Source: Fibrobacteria bacterium
GTDB lineage: Bacteria > Fibrobacterota > Chitinivibrionia > Chitinivibrionales > FEN-1185
Direction: 5' to 3'
Length of the DNA: 29,488 nt
Assembly: GCA_037447435.1 (NCBI GenBank)
Contig: JBBIGR010000054.1
Location: 1-29,488, forward strand
Under the pieces are notes generated by a model. It was not told the DNA's origin and did not search any database. It saw nothing but the letters and a program-made list of their open reading frames with translations. This document shows, piece after piece, positions 18,329-27,700 of the stretch; position 1 is the first letter of the stretch, and every line of letters begins with the position of its first letter. The translations under genes and the position numbers were made by a program.

Positions 18329-18738
18329 TTCGTCTGATAAAAACCTTAGTCGCGTTGAGTTTGTGCGCTCTCTTTTTGGGTTGCGAAAACGAAGCCTATA
18401 TAACGGATCAGTCGAACATTGAAACCTATGTAAAGAATGTGACCTTGTGCAACGACAAAACCATTGCGATAGTCAATGGCGGTTCCGTTCAAAATATCCC
18501 GCTCGAAGCTTTTTCCCGGATTGTTATTGCAAATGAGGAGTCGAAGTCGATCGGCGGTAAGCTTTTCTTTTGCGCTTCCATCGAGTTCAAAGACGGGACC
18601 AAACTCGATGCAAAAAGCAAAGCCAATATGCCGCTAACGTTTATAGATGCCTCCTGCTCGCTCTGCGGCGACACGCAAAAGGGCCATTACACGATAACCA
18701 TTGCAAACGTTTACAAAATAATTTTAAAAAGCAATTAG
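18325..18738 (+). CDS. Hypothetical lipoprotein
   Basis: MIRLIK...ALFLGC lipobox. ATGA overlap with the STAS gene. Confidence 0.75.
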   Translation: MIRLIKTLVALSLCALFLGCENEAYITDQSNIETYVKNVTLCNDKTIAIVNGGSVQNIPLEAFSRIVIANEESKSIGGKLFFCASIEFKDGTKLDAKSKANMPLTFIDASCSLCGDTQKGHYTITIANVYKIILKSN

Positions 18739-18777
18739 CATATAGCCTTGCAATCTTTTGGGATACTGACCGCCGGA

Positions 18778-20241
18778 TTAGTAATACATGTCAATGTATA
18801 AATGAAATGCCGGTTCTTTCCAGAAATACGAAGCAGGCAAAGGATTGCTCGTTCCGGGAACGCCCCAAACCACATCGAAACAGATGCTGCGGCGCAGCGT
18901 CGGCATCATCGCTCTGATGCCGAATCCTGCACCGCCCGCATTTTCCCGAGGACCGGTAATGGGACTGGTGATGGAATTGAAAATGTGGCCCGCATCTGCG
19001 ACAAGGGCCCCGTCGAATCGAAGATAGAATTCCCGCATAAGGGTCGAATAATCCGAAAGCAATTGCATTTCGCAAAGCGGGGACAATAATGCATCGAACG
19101 CCGGCGTCGTGAAAAGCGGAAACCGGTATTCGGCGGTTATAATAGCATAATCATTCATTATTGCCGTCATGCCGAACTGGTCGCGACCGAATCCGCGAAT
19201 AGTTCCTTCGCCGCCGATGTATAAACCCCGGTAGCTGCCCGCATCGTTGGCGCGAAGCGTTAATTGGCTTCTATACGCAAATCGATCGGATTTAAAGAAT
19301 CCGCAATGGTAAAATCGAAAATCCGAATTGACTTGAAAATATCTATTATAACTCCCGGCATATATCGCGTTGGTGAGCGCATCGACGGACAAAGACCAAC
19401 CCGAGGTGGGGTCGAAGGACCGATTCTTGTGATCTGTGTACCATCCTACCGTCGTATAGAGTTCTTTAAGGTTTTTTTTGTTCGAATTGTCGATGATGTA
19501 TACTTTGTCGTTATCGCTTTTCGCGGTGTCCACGACCAGCATAGAGTCTATCTGCGTAAACGTCGGGAGAAGGGAAACCGCTATTTTCGAATTATTGAAA
19601 ATGTTCCTGCCGACCAGAATGCGACCGTTGACAATTGTTCTGCGTCGAGAATAATTGAATTCGGGAAAATCGTGGACCCCGGCGCCGATTCCAAAGTAAT
19701 AGGGTGACGGCACGAGCGGCTTGCTCCAGGACATCGCGATCGATTTATCTTCCCATATGGAAACGCGTGTTGAAAACGATTCGAGCATTCCCCTGAAATT
19801 CTGCAATGTCAGCCCTAATCGAAGCCTCCACCACATTTGGTCGTTTCCATATTTCTGAAAAAAGAGGTCGCCGCCGCCTTCAGGATATAAATAAAAGAAC
19901 TCGGTCACGATGATATACACATGAATTCCGTCGGTTTTCCTGAGCGGAACGATGTCGACTTTTGAGAATAAATTTGTGTTTAGTAAACGATGTTTACCTT
20001 GGGCGATTTTTGCCGAATCGTACACCATCCCGGTATCGATGCCGATATACATTTGGATGAGGAATGATTTCGTCACATGGTTCCCGTTTATGTTTATCGC
20101 AACGATTTTGTCGGGAAGCAGGACAGTAGGGGATTCTTGTGAATCCAGAGTATCGGCCCACGGACCGCCGCTAAAGCTGGCTTTTCCTAAAAATGGAACC
20201 ACGAAAAACAGAATGAGAAGTGTATAAAAATTAAAACGCAT
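18778..20241 (-). CDS. Omp85 (BamA/TamA-family) outer membrane protein with a single POTRA domain
   Basis: Start at ATG 20241 gives a signal peptide. One POTRA (ININGNHVTK...LLNTNLFSKV), NFRG barrel start, lid motif YIGGEGTIRGF and an aromatic C-terminus. Confidence 0.88.
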   Translation of the reverse strand: MRFNFYTLLILFFVVPFLGKASFSGGPWADTLDSQESPTVLLPDKIVAININGNHVTKSFLIQMYIGIDTGMVYDSAKIAQGKHRLLNTNLFSKVDIVPLRKTDGIHVYIIVTEFFYLYPEGGGDLFFQKYGNDQMWWRLRLGLTLQNFRGMLESFSTRVSIWEDKSIAMSWSKPLVPSPYYFGIGAGVHDFPEFNYSRRRTIVNGRILVGRNIFNNSKIAVSLLPTFTQIDSMLVVDTAKSDNDKVYIIDNSNKKNLKELYTTVGWYTDHKNRSFDPTSGWSLSVDALTNAIYAGSYNRYFQVNSDFRFYHCGFFKSDRFAYRSQLTLRANDAGSYRGLYIGGEGTIRGFGRDQFGMTAIMNDYAIITAEYRFPLFTTPAFDALLSPLCEMQLLSDYSTLMREFYLRFDGALVADAGHIFNSITSPITGPRENAGGAGFGIRAMMPTLRRSICFDVVWGVPGTSNPLPASYFWKEPAFHLYIDMYY

Positions 20242-20274
20242 GTAAAAAACTTTTGCGGATTGCCTTGCGTGTTT

Positions 20275-20308
20275 GCTTTCCTGCAAATTGATTTTTGCAA
20301 GGAAAAGC
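20275..20308 (-). other. Stem-loop just 3' of rnpB (possible terminator or processing hairpin)
   Basis: Imperfect inverted repeat GCTTTCCTGCAAA-TTGATT-TTTGCAAGGAAAAGC. Confidence 0.45.
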
Positions 20309-20322
20309 GGTGTATGAAAAAA

Positions 20323-20728
20323 GGAAAGAAGACCCATAAGCCGGGTTCTGTTTTAGGTAATCATTTATCTGGCCTTCCCTTATTCAGGGACGGCATTGAG
20401 CGACCTACCCGAAGGACAAAAAAACGGACAGCTTTTGCACCCCTTTTCAGGGTGCGTCCTTCTTACTTGGTCTTGCACCGGACGGGGTTTTCACGCCGTG
20501 CCCTGTTACCAGGACACGCGGTGGGCTCTTACCCCACCATTTCACTTCTCACTCTAATTCCGGATTGCTCCGGATTCAGGGCGGACTTTTCTCTGTTGCA
20601 CTTTCCGTCTGAGGGCGGTCCCGAAGGGACTACACTCATCCCTTACTCATCGCAAGGCGTCGTGTCCTCTGGTGCCCGGACTTTCCTCCCCGACAATGAA
20701 GTCGAAGCGATTACCCAGCCTTCTTTCC
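20323..20728 (-). ncRNA. rnpB: RNase P RNA, bacterial type A
   Basis: The minus strand has GAGGAAAGTCCGGGC, GAAAGTGCAACAGA, GGTAAGAGCCCACC, GCAAGACCAA, AGATAAATGAT and ACAGAACCCGGCTTAT. The ends (GGAAAGAAG / CTTCTTTCC) pair as P1. Confidence 0.97.
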
Positions 20729-21045
20729 CGTTAAGCGTATCAATATATAATGAAATAATCAACTACATTAAGAAAATCGGTGTTTGGAAAATAATCAATG
20801 GGTATATTCAAGGGTATTACGATAAATTCACGGGAAAATTTGTAAATTATTAAATATTGTTTTAAACCAAAGAATTATGGTCGCGTATCTTCTTTGAATA
20901 CACTTTTTTATAATTATACAAAAAAAAAAGGAATTTTCATTTGAAAAAATTTAATTTTGTAACAAGTAAATTTTTTGCGGCTGTTAGAAAAAGCGATTAA
21001 ATACCGGGACTCCTTTGATGCCCCTATCCTTTCCGCAATTAATTA

Positions 21046-21143
21046 CTTGATATAGGTCCCTGGTTTAAGCGATAAAGATTCATCCTCCCCGGTCCCCTCC
21101 TAAAAGGATGGAAATTTATGCTTGACCGGGGATCTATATCAAG
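21046..21143. repeat. ~98-nt imperfect inverted repeat (candidate ncRNA or MITE/REP-like element)
   Basis: Arms of ~40 nt (CTTGATATAGGTCCCTGG... / ...CCGGGGATCTATATCAAG) enclosing an 18-nt C-rich loop. Confidence 0.8.
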
Positions 21144-21217
21144 CACTTTGAATTATGATTTATTTTAACCGCCTATTGCCCCATAATTTAGCAAATGCCC
21201 GCTAGCTCGGACTAATA

Positions 21218-22087
21218 ATGACCCAGGCAGGACCGATCAAAAGAGTTCATGACGCGCCGTGGTTGACGTTGACCGATGAAAAAGTCTTGGGTTCATTCCT
21301 TTCACGGTTCGTCATCGATCGTAATTTACCCAAACCCGCCCTTATGGTTGCAGTTACTCAAGCATTTAAAAATGTGCCGTATGAAAACCTTACGAAGATC
21401 ATAAAATCGGAATCGGTCGTCAGCGCATCGTCGGCACTTCGTTATCCGCGCGAAGTGATTTCAGATTATTTGAAATGGGGTACCGGCGGTACCTGTTTTT
21501 CCCTGACCGCGGCCCTGGCGGCGGTGCTTGATTCGTTGGGCATCGAGGCATACCCGATTCTTGCCGACAGATTCTACGGCACAAATACGCATTGCGGATT
21601 GCTTTTGCTCGACCAGTTTGGCGGTTTTTTTTTAGTGGATCCGGGATATTTGCTGTTCGAGCCTTTACCCATACAAAACGACCGGTCCACCTTTTTTGAA
21701 ACCGGATTCAACCGCATCGAACTTCATCCCCTTGATAACGGCACGCGCCTGGAATTGTTTACAATTGTTAAAAATGGCCGTAAACGCCGACTTACGTTCC
21801 GCATTTCCCCCGTGAGCGACGAGGCTTTTGCAAAGGCATGGGAACAATCGTTCGCCTTTGAAATGATGACGTATCCGATTTTAACCAGAATGGCGGACGG
21901 TTGCCATCAGTATTTGCAGGGAAATGTTCTTGCCGTGCGCGATCGGTACCGGACAGAGCGGACGACATTGACTCCGCAGAAACAAATAGAGTTTTTTGCG
22001 TCGTCTGCGGGAATGAACATCGAAATAGTCCGAAAAGCATTGGAGCTCGTCAATTATGGCACTCACGCATCAGCCGCAAAATGTTAA
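21218..22087 (+). CDS. Arylamine N-acetyltransferase / transglutaminase-like fold protein
   Basis: VPYENL, GGTCF (catalytic Cys), THC (His) and LVDPG (Asp) match the NAT Cys-His-Asp triad. Confidence 0.85.
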   Translation: MTQAGPIKRVHDAPWLTLTDEKVLGSFLSRFVIDRNLPKPALMVAVTQAFKNVPYENLTKIIKSESVVSASSALRYPREVISDYLKWGTGGTCFSLTAALAAVLDSLGIEAYPILADRFYGTNTHCGLLLLDQFGGFFLVDPGYLLFEPLPIQNDRSTFFETGFNRIELHPLDNGTRLELFTIVKNGRKRRLTFRISPVSDEAFAKAWEQSFAFEMMTYPILTRMADGCHQYLQGNVLAVRDRYRTERTTLTPQKQIEFFASSAGMNIEIVRKALELVNYGTHASAAKC

Positions 22088-22586
22088 ATACTTTATTGCC
22101 GTTTTATTCAAAAATAAAACCGCGTTAGAGAATGCCCGGTTGGAATTTTTGAAGCGCTGGGGTAACGTGGATTTCGAGGGTGCAGACCATGAATTTGACA
22201 TAACCGATTATTATGAACCTGAAATGGGATTGCCGCTGTACCGTCGGATCCTCTCCTTTGAGACTCTCCAATCTCCGAAAATCCTTGTGGATATGAAACT
22301 CGCTTGCAATGCCATTGAACATCTGCTTAGCGTCAGCGGAAAACGAACGGTCAATTGCGATGCCGGCTATTTGGATCACAACAAGGTTTTACTTGCCTCG
22401 GCAAAGGAAGCAGGGCAAAAGATATACCTTGACAGAGGTATATATGCCGACCTCGCCGGAAGGTATAAGGCGGGGAAATATCAGCCTTTCGAATGGTCGT
22501 TCCCGGATTTTAAGGACGGCAGATACGATTTGGAATTACTCGCCATCCGCGCATTATATCTGGCTCAGCTTAAACAAAAGCTTTAA
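22056..22586 (+). CDS. DUF4416 family protein
   Basis: TDYYEPEMG, RTVNCDAGYL, LASAK...IYL..GIYADL and WSFPDF. Confidence 0.85.
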   Translation: MALTHQPQNVKYFIAVLFKNKTALENARLEFLKRWGNVDFEGADHEFDITDYYEPEMGLPLYRRILSFETLQSPKILVDMKLACNAIEHLLSVSGKRTVNCDAGYLDHNKVLLASAKEAGQKIYLDRGIYADLAGRYKAGKYQPFEWSFPDFKDGRYDLELLAIRALYLAQLKQKL

Positions 22587-23140
22587 TCCTGTTTGGGCTG
22601 CGGGGGCGTTTGGACGTTTTGCATTTTTGGACCAAGGATCAAGCCCTGCACAACGGTGAAAACCAGGATGAGACCCATTATTCCGAATAATTTGAAATTA
22701 ACCCAAATCTCGGTTGAAAACGAATAGGCGATAAAAATATTGACAAACCCGAGCACGACGAAGAAAATTCCCCAGTAAATATTCATTGTTTTCCAGGTTT
22801 TTTCGGGCAGCTGCAATTGCTTCGCCAAGACGCCTTTGATCGCCAGTTTACCGTAAAACAATTGGCCGGCCAACATGAGCGTCCCGAGGAGCCAGTATAA
22901 AATCGACGGTTTCCATTTAATAAACGTCTCGTTATGAAGAATCAACGTTGCGCCGCCGAACACCGAAATAATCACCAGGCCGGCCCACATCATCGGTTCC
23001 ACTTTTTTCTTATTAAGAAGCATCCAGGTGATTTGAAGCACGCTTGCGATGATGGCGACGGCGGTTGCAACAAAAATACCTTTGATTTTAAATGCTGCAA
23101 AAAAGAGTATGACGGGAAACAAATCGAATAGGAACTTCAT
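22583..23140 (-). CDS. yciB: Inner membrane protein YciB (intracellular septation protein A)
   Basis: MKFLFDLFPVILFF, FGGATL, FIKWKPSI and WVNFKLFG. Start placed at ATG 23140. Confidence 0.93.
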   Translation of the reverse strand: MKFLFDLFPVILFFAAFKIKGIFVATAVAIIASVLQITWMLLNKKKVEPMMWAGLVIISVFGGATLILHNETFIKWKPSILYWLLGTLMLAGQLFYGKLAIKGVLAKQLQLPEKTWKTMNIYWGIFFVVLGFVNIFIAYSFSTEIWVNFKLFGIMGLILVFTVVQGLILGPKMQNVQTPPQPKQD

Positions 23141-23412
23141 AAGTAGTATCAATCCTTTTCTCAAAATTCTCAAAAAGCGCGCTGGTTTTACGATACGAAA
23201 TATAGTTGTTGCCAAAATGGCAACGGAATCGGCGTCCGGCAAGAAATGGCTTAGCGACTGAGGCCATTTTACCTGTTCGGATACTCCCGCAGGAGGTTAT
23301 TTTTTGGGGAATCCGTTGCATAGCAACCGAATATTGTGGTGATTTTTTCCATCCGTTTGCGCGGAATATTTTTTTATAGACGCTAACCCCTCTCGATATC
23401 CGAAAGCGAAAC

Positions 23413-24777
23413 GTGAATACAAAAACAAATTCGGCAGTTCTCACCTCTGGCCCCATAGGAAAGACATTGGTCGCACTTTCCGCTCCGATGCTCCTTGCCA
23501 TAGTATCGATGATGGGATTCAACCTGGTCGATACATTTTTCGTTGCCAAATTGGGCACACTGCCGCTTGCCGCATTGACGCTAACTTTTCCGGTTGGAAT
23601 GGTCGTGGCAACTTTTACTTTGGGGCTGGGTGTGGGGGCGATGGCGATCATATCGCAAAGCATCGGTGCGAAAGACCAATCGTCCATTCGACGTTATTCA
23701 ACGGATGCGCTTTCTCTTACCCTTTTATGCGGCTTGGCAATAACGCTTGTGGGAATGGCGACAATAGAGCCGTTGTTTGCCGTTTTAGGCGCAACCCAAG
23801 AAATGATGCCGTATATCAAACAATATATGTATATCTTTTATCCCGGCATGGCATTTTATATCGTGCCCATGATCGGTAACAATATCATGCGGGCAACCGG
23901 CGATACCCTGACGCCAAGTTTACTGATGATAGGCGGCATGGCGTTGAATGCCGCCTTGGACCCTGTTTTTATTTTTGGCGTGGGCCCTGTGGGCGGCTAC
24001 GGCATTGCCGGTGCAGCCATAGCCTCGGTACTCAGCCGCGGTATTATGCTCGTCGCTTCGCTGTATGTTTTGTATTTCAGACAAAAGATGCTGACAAAAC
24101 TATGGCCAGGTTTTTCCGAAGCCGTCACGTCGTGGAAAGCGATATTGAGCATCGGTTTGCCGGTGGCTATTTCCAATGCGGTTATTCCGGTAGCACTAGG
24201 CATTCTTACCCGTTTGGTTATTAAATTCGGTCCACAGCAGGTTGCGGGATTCTGTGTGGCTTCGAGGATAGAAGGTTTGGGGTTTACTTTTATGATTGCG
24301 TTGTCTACCGGATTAAGCCCATTCATCGGCCAGAATTTTGGGGCAAAGCAGTTTGACAGGATACATCGCGGCCTGGCCCTTTCAAAAGGGTTTTCCCTCG
24401 GAGTAGGTATCGTTCTGTTCTTTCTGTTTTTTCTTTTCGGGCAAAATGCGTCGGAATTATTTACAAAGAGTACTCTCGTTGCCGCCTCATCGGCGCTGTA
24501 TTTGGCCGTGGTCGGGGTGAGTCTGGGGTTGCGGGGGGTACATCAAATTATTTGGACTTCGCTTAACGTTATCGGACGACCGTACGATTCTTTGGGCCTG
24601 GAATTGTTCCTTGCCTTTATATTATGGATACCGTTCGCATTTTTTGGAAGCATGTTTGCCGGCATAACCGGTTTATATGCGGGAATAGCTTTGGGCAATT
24701 GCATTGCCGGAGCTGTTGCGATTTTTTGGGGAGATCGCGTTATTTCCGTTTTGCAAAAAAAACAAATTACCAGCTGA
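23413..24777 (+). CDS. MATE family efflux transporter
   Basis: About 12 TM segments. NLVDTFFVAKLG, RATGDT..P, NAALDPVFIFG, GIAGAAIAS and GQNFGA. Confidence 0.95.
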   Translation: MNTKTNSAVLTSGPIGKTLVALSAPMLLAIVSMMGFNLVDTFFVAKLGTLPLAALTLTFPVGMVVATFTLGLGVGAMAIISQSIGAKDQSSIRRYSTDALSLTLLCGLAITLVGMATIEPLFAVLGATQEMMPYIKQYMYIFYPGMAFYIVPMIGNNIMRATGDTLTPSLLMIGGMALNAALDPVFIFGVGPVGGYGIAGAAIASVLSRGIMLVASLYVLYFRQKMLTKLWPGFSEAVTSWKAILSIGLPVAISNAVIPVALGILTRLVIKFGPQQVAGFCVASRIEGLGFTFMIALSTGLSPFIGQNFGAKQFDRIHRGLALSKGFSLGVGIVLFFLFFLFGQNASELFTKSTLVAASSALYLAVVGVSLGLRGVHQIIWTSLNVIGRPYDSLGLELFLAFILWIPFAFFGSMFAGITGLYAGIALGNCIAGAVAIFWGDRVISVLQKKQITS

Positions 24778-27700
24778 TGAATGCCTTTTTTACAATGGCT
24801 CCTTGCGACGACTGCATTCGAATTATATATATTCCGTTTCCGGGTGTTTTTCCCGAAAATGAACTTGCACGACAATCATACGGAACAGTCCGCGAACCGG
24901 TATAAACCAAATCGTTCTTTATTATTTTGCCGTCTGCCCGTGCTATGGTTATTGATACCGTTGATTGATTCCCTGAAACAATCAATGCTTTCAATCCATA
25001 TTTACAGGATATAATCCTCAAATCGAAGCCTGCGGTAACAGAAACTGCCGATGAATTCGGATGTTGTTGCGATGGAATTGCTCTGGTGCCCATTGCAAAG
25101 TATACCGGCCATTTCATTTTTCTCACTTTAATAACAGGAGATCCCGAAGGCGTTTGCTTATCCGCATTCAGGCCGATTGTCGAAACAACGGTATCTGTTC
25201 CGTTGATGGTTGAAAACGCGATTTTGTCGTCACGTTTTGAAAAGCAGGGATAGCCCGGAAACGCGGTGGAGGCGGTTACTATGGATTTCCTCGTTTCCAT
25301 ATTCATCGTTGTCACCGACACTGCGTGCGTGGAATTGTCTATGCTTTCATACGCAATAATATTGGGAGAATTTTTCGAAAATGTCGGGTTTCCGACGCTG
25401 ATGCCGTCGGGAAGATTGTTGAATAATTTATTTACTTCACCGTCACCGTACGTATTTGTTTGTTGATCCCAGGAGCAAAGAAACCCGATATCCCAATTTG
25501 TTATGCTGGTTCCATTTGAACCGGATAAAGAATTGTATACATCGTAAATAACTTCCTCCCCAGAAAAATTCCATTCCAATGCACTTGAAAACACGGCGCC
25601 GGTAATGACATGGGCATTGCTGTCGGCAGGGCCGTTCAAATTGAAACGATGCATCGGACCGCCGCTCATGCTCCCGATGTAAATCGATGTGTCTTTCACT
25701 TCCTTTACCGCTGCAAATCTTTTCCCGTCTCTTGAGAGAGCGCAAAGCGACCAGATTTTCGTACTGTCGATTATTGTTTCGGTTACCGGATTTGCGTCTA
25801 ATGAAAGCGCAATGAGTTTTTTGTCCCAACTCACGAAAAGCGCTGTTTTACCGTCATCGGAAACCGATGGCCGGAATTTTACCTGGCGCTTTGAAACGCT
25901 TTTGAGCGAACCGAAAGCGCTGTCTGCAATGTATAATGTCGTGCCGTCTGCAGCAGGCGGAGCCGACGTGAGAAGGACGAATTCTTTTCCCGGGTTGATC
26001 GGCAAATCGTTTTGATGAGTCACTTGGGGCGTATTGTCGAAAATTTGTACTTTATCGAATGCTGCAGCCAGGGCCGTTTCCTCGGCCGAACCTTTTCCGA
26101 ATATATCGTCGCAGGCCAAAATTGCGCCGATTCGTAAATCGACAAACTGGGACGATGCTCCCAGATAAGTTGTCAACGTCCGGTAAAAGACCTTTTCCGC
26201 CTTATCCTTTCCGACCGTTGTTGCAAAAAGATAATAGGCGTAATTGGTGATTCCGTCGTTTATGTGGACGCCGCCGTTGTCTCCCGCGGTTGTATTGGGC
26301 AGGATTTGGAATTCGGCCATGGATTGGGGTTGCCATCCCTGCTTGCCTTTTGTCGTTCCGTTATGGGGATTGGACAAGTCTCGCAATGCATTGGAAGGAT
26401 ATATGCCCGGGCGAACAACGGTTTCACCCATTTTCCAGTTGCTTCTGTCCATCATGCATCCGAAAATATCGGCCAAGGATTCGTTTAATGCGCCCGATTG
26501 GCCGGTATAGCGCAATGCCGCCGTTGCTTCCACAACGCCGTGAGTAAGCTCGTGACCTGCCACATCGAGTGCCGCAGCCAAGGGATAAAAAAGTTTACTG
26601 CCGTTTCCATAAAACATTCCTTTGCCGTTCCAGTAGGCGTTGTCCATTGCATTGCCGGTTTGGTCGGCCACATTGATAAAAGATAATATGGAGCCGCCGT
26701 TGCCGTTTATGGAATTTCTTCCATGCGTATTTTTGTAATATTCGTATGCCAATGATGCATTGTATTGGGCCGACACCGCCGTAGGAGACCAGGAGTTTTG
26801 CGTGTTGCTGATGAGGTTAAAAGATGATGTTGCCGGATTTTTGTTCTGGTAGTCGTACGTCACCAATGCGCCGGACAGCGTATTGGGAATTTGGGATTTC
26901 GATGCATTGAACATCGCGCGGGACGCATCGATGAGATAGTATTTATCGGATAAATACGCATGGATCGTTCGCAGGCTGTCGCGGAGGTCTTTGACCGTCG
27001 CAACGGCGTCTCCGGCATTGCAGGTGCGATTGCATTTGAACAGGACCACGCCGGTTTTCGCATCGACGACGTATTCCCACCAGTCAACAAAATTAGGCCG
27101 TACCAAAACTTGATAGGCAAGGAGTGCGGAATCGGGGTTCTCCGCAACCGGAAACACTAGGAGTTCGGCCGAGGGGCCGGCGTAGTCTAAAATGGTTTTT
27201 TCCGCTTCGGTCAGTATGCGAAGGGCCACGCCGCTGGATGCAATGTCGGCAAGCGCCAGGCGGATTGCATTGTCCGGACTAATTGACGGAACAATATCAA
27301 TTGACGGCGTTGCAATAGTCCGCCCGACGAAATCGGCATAGGTTTCGTGAACATGAACCGTCGCTTCGGCGCCTAAAACCGAAAGCCCGCGATATTTTTG
27401 CTTGATTTTATAATGTCCTGTGGAAACTTCATTATCGGATAATTCGAGAATATCGAATTCTTCGGCGGGGTTATTGATTTTTAATGTATTCCTGATTTGC
27501 GTCAAATATTGACGGCACAAAAGCTTTTTCCGGTCTGCTGCGCTCGTTTTTTGAACTGAAGAAACAGCTTTATTACTTGCGATTTTACCTGAAATATAAA
27601 TAGGCTTATTTCCGTTTTCGTTATATCGAATTAAAAGGGTATCGGATAATGCGGTCGGGCCATTTGTGGCCGGGCTTATATTCAGTGATTGCGGGGGCGT

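Noticed and set aside
20242..20337. N-terminal extensions in the ORF track (Omp85 to 20337, also yciB to 23242 and beta-helix A to 1186)
   Set aside because: The extensions overlap rnpB or neighbouring features. The downstream ATGs give proper signal peptides or family-typical N-termini.
20260..20853. 197-aa plus-strand ORF
   Set aside because: It is the antisense shadow of rnpB and has no protein-like motifs.
20730..21000. Very AT-rich stretch as oriC or dif
   Set aside because: No cluster of DnaA boxes and no XerC/XerD arms were seen. Divergent promoter DNA explains it.
21039..21083. Minus-strand mini-ORF MNLYRLNQGPISSN inside the hairpin
   Set aside because: The SD-like sequences are either adjacent to the ATG or 12 nt away, and the peptide has no toxin-like hydrophobicity.
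20993..21172. 6S RNA reading of the long hairpin plus flanks
   Set aside because: The putative closing stem is weak and AT-rich, and there is no roughly symmetric central bubble. It cannot be supported without a covariance-model search.
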